A stretch of 63,165 bases of DNA, filler included, from Syncephalis fuscata S228 (lineage: Eukaryota > Fungi > Zoopagomycota): NCBI GenBank assembly GCA_025786725.1. It is 6 parts of 6 records of this genome, joined end to end, with 100 filler letters (N's around TTAATTAATTAA, not from the genome) between each part and the next. Parts side by side here need not be neighbours in the genome. Positions count along the whole stretch, not along the records: positions 61,871 to 63,165 come from JAHLTZ010000366.1; 5 more parts are not named here. One strand, written 5' to 3'. Position numbers and translations under genes: made by a program. The notes under the pieces are model-generated. The model saw only the letters and a program-made list of their open reading frames with translations. It did no database searches and was not told where the DNA came from. Below are positions 62,721 to 63,165 of the stretch, one piece after another (position 1 is the stretch's first letter; each line of letters begins with the position of its first letter).

Positions 62721-63165
62721 TGCCATAGTTAGCATACTAGCAGCTGCACAAGGTAAAACGATACCGCTAGCACTGCTGTATGGCGCCATACAGCAGGGCA
62801 GTATGTAGTACCAAGACTAGGCATGCTTATACTAATAGACTAACAATGACATATAGCAAGCAAAGCATATACTGAACTTATGGAAACAAGTGCAAGTGGA
62901 AAGGTGGCTAGTGGATAAATGCTGTCAAGTGTGATAAAATGAGAAAGAGAACGTGTGACGCAAATCGTGTGCTATGCGATCGGCAGTCTGTTTTTATAGT
63001 GTGGGTGCAAGTGCTAATGTAATATGAATAAACAATTATATGATTGGTACCAATTGACTTGTTGACAGCACTCGCCAGTCAAACTAAACGTTTATTTATG
63101 AATATCATTTTTATTAAATTATAAATCATTAGATTATATTATGATTTGGGTGTCAAATGACTAAA

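Overview
AT-rich, intron-containing fungal DNA made of six pieces joined by 100-nt N spacers, each carrying a TTAATTAATTAA linker. The gene content suggests an early-diverging fungus, plausibly a zoopagalean mycoparasite such as Syncephalis (inference only). Ordinary genes: NIS siderophore synthetase, G-patch protein, COX7, Cdh1-like APC/C activator, EFM7, acyl-CoA synthetase, expansin, MFS transporter, SAM methyltransferase, tRNA-Arg, MMSDH and TMEM184, plus secreted effector-like paralogues and decaying F-box genes. Main result: two apparent 81-83 bp 'satellites' (18.7-20.9 kb; 49.7 kb plus 57.2-59.15 kb) read on the minus strand as tandem spliceosomal introns separated by 3-nt (twice 6-nt) micro-exons. 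Spliced by hand, array 1 joins a signal-peptide/RR exon to give MKLSIAVVCTIVVALVASTAIVDAKPALVRR-DFNSCVDQCYNKYHHSDDFFFCRS..., and array 2 gives ...DPFSCGLACNNPSRGGDDDCDKQ*. These look like micro-exon genes for secreted Cys-rich peptides, with about one codon per exon. A near-complete LINE (APE-RT-RNaseH) and three copies of a tRNA-derived SINE sharing its 3' end have all inserted antisense at the same position in these introns, with 16-bp target-site duplications. Splicing is inferred from sequence and needs transcript confirmation.
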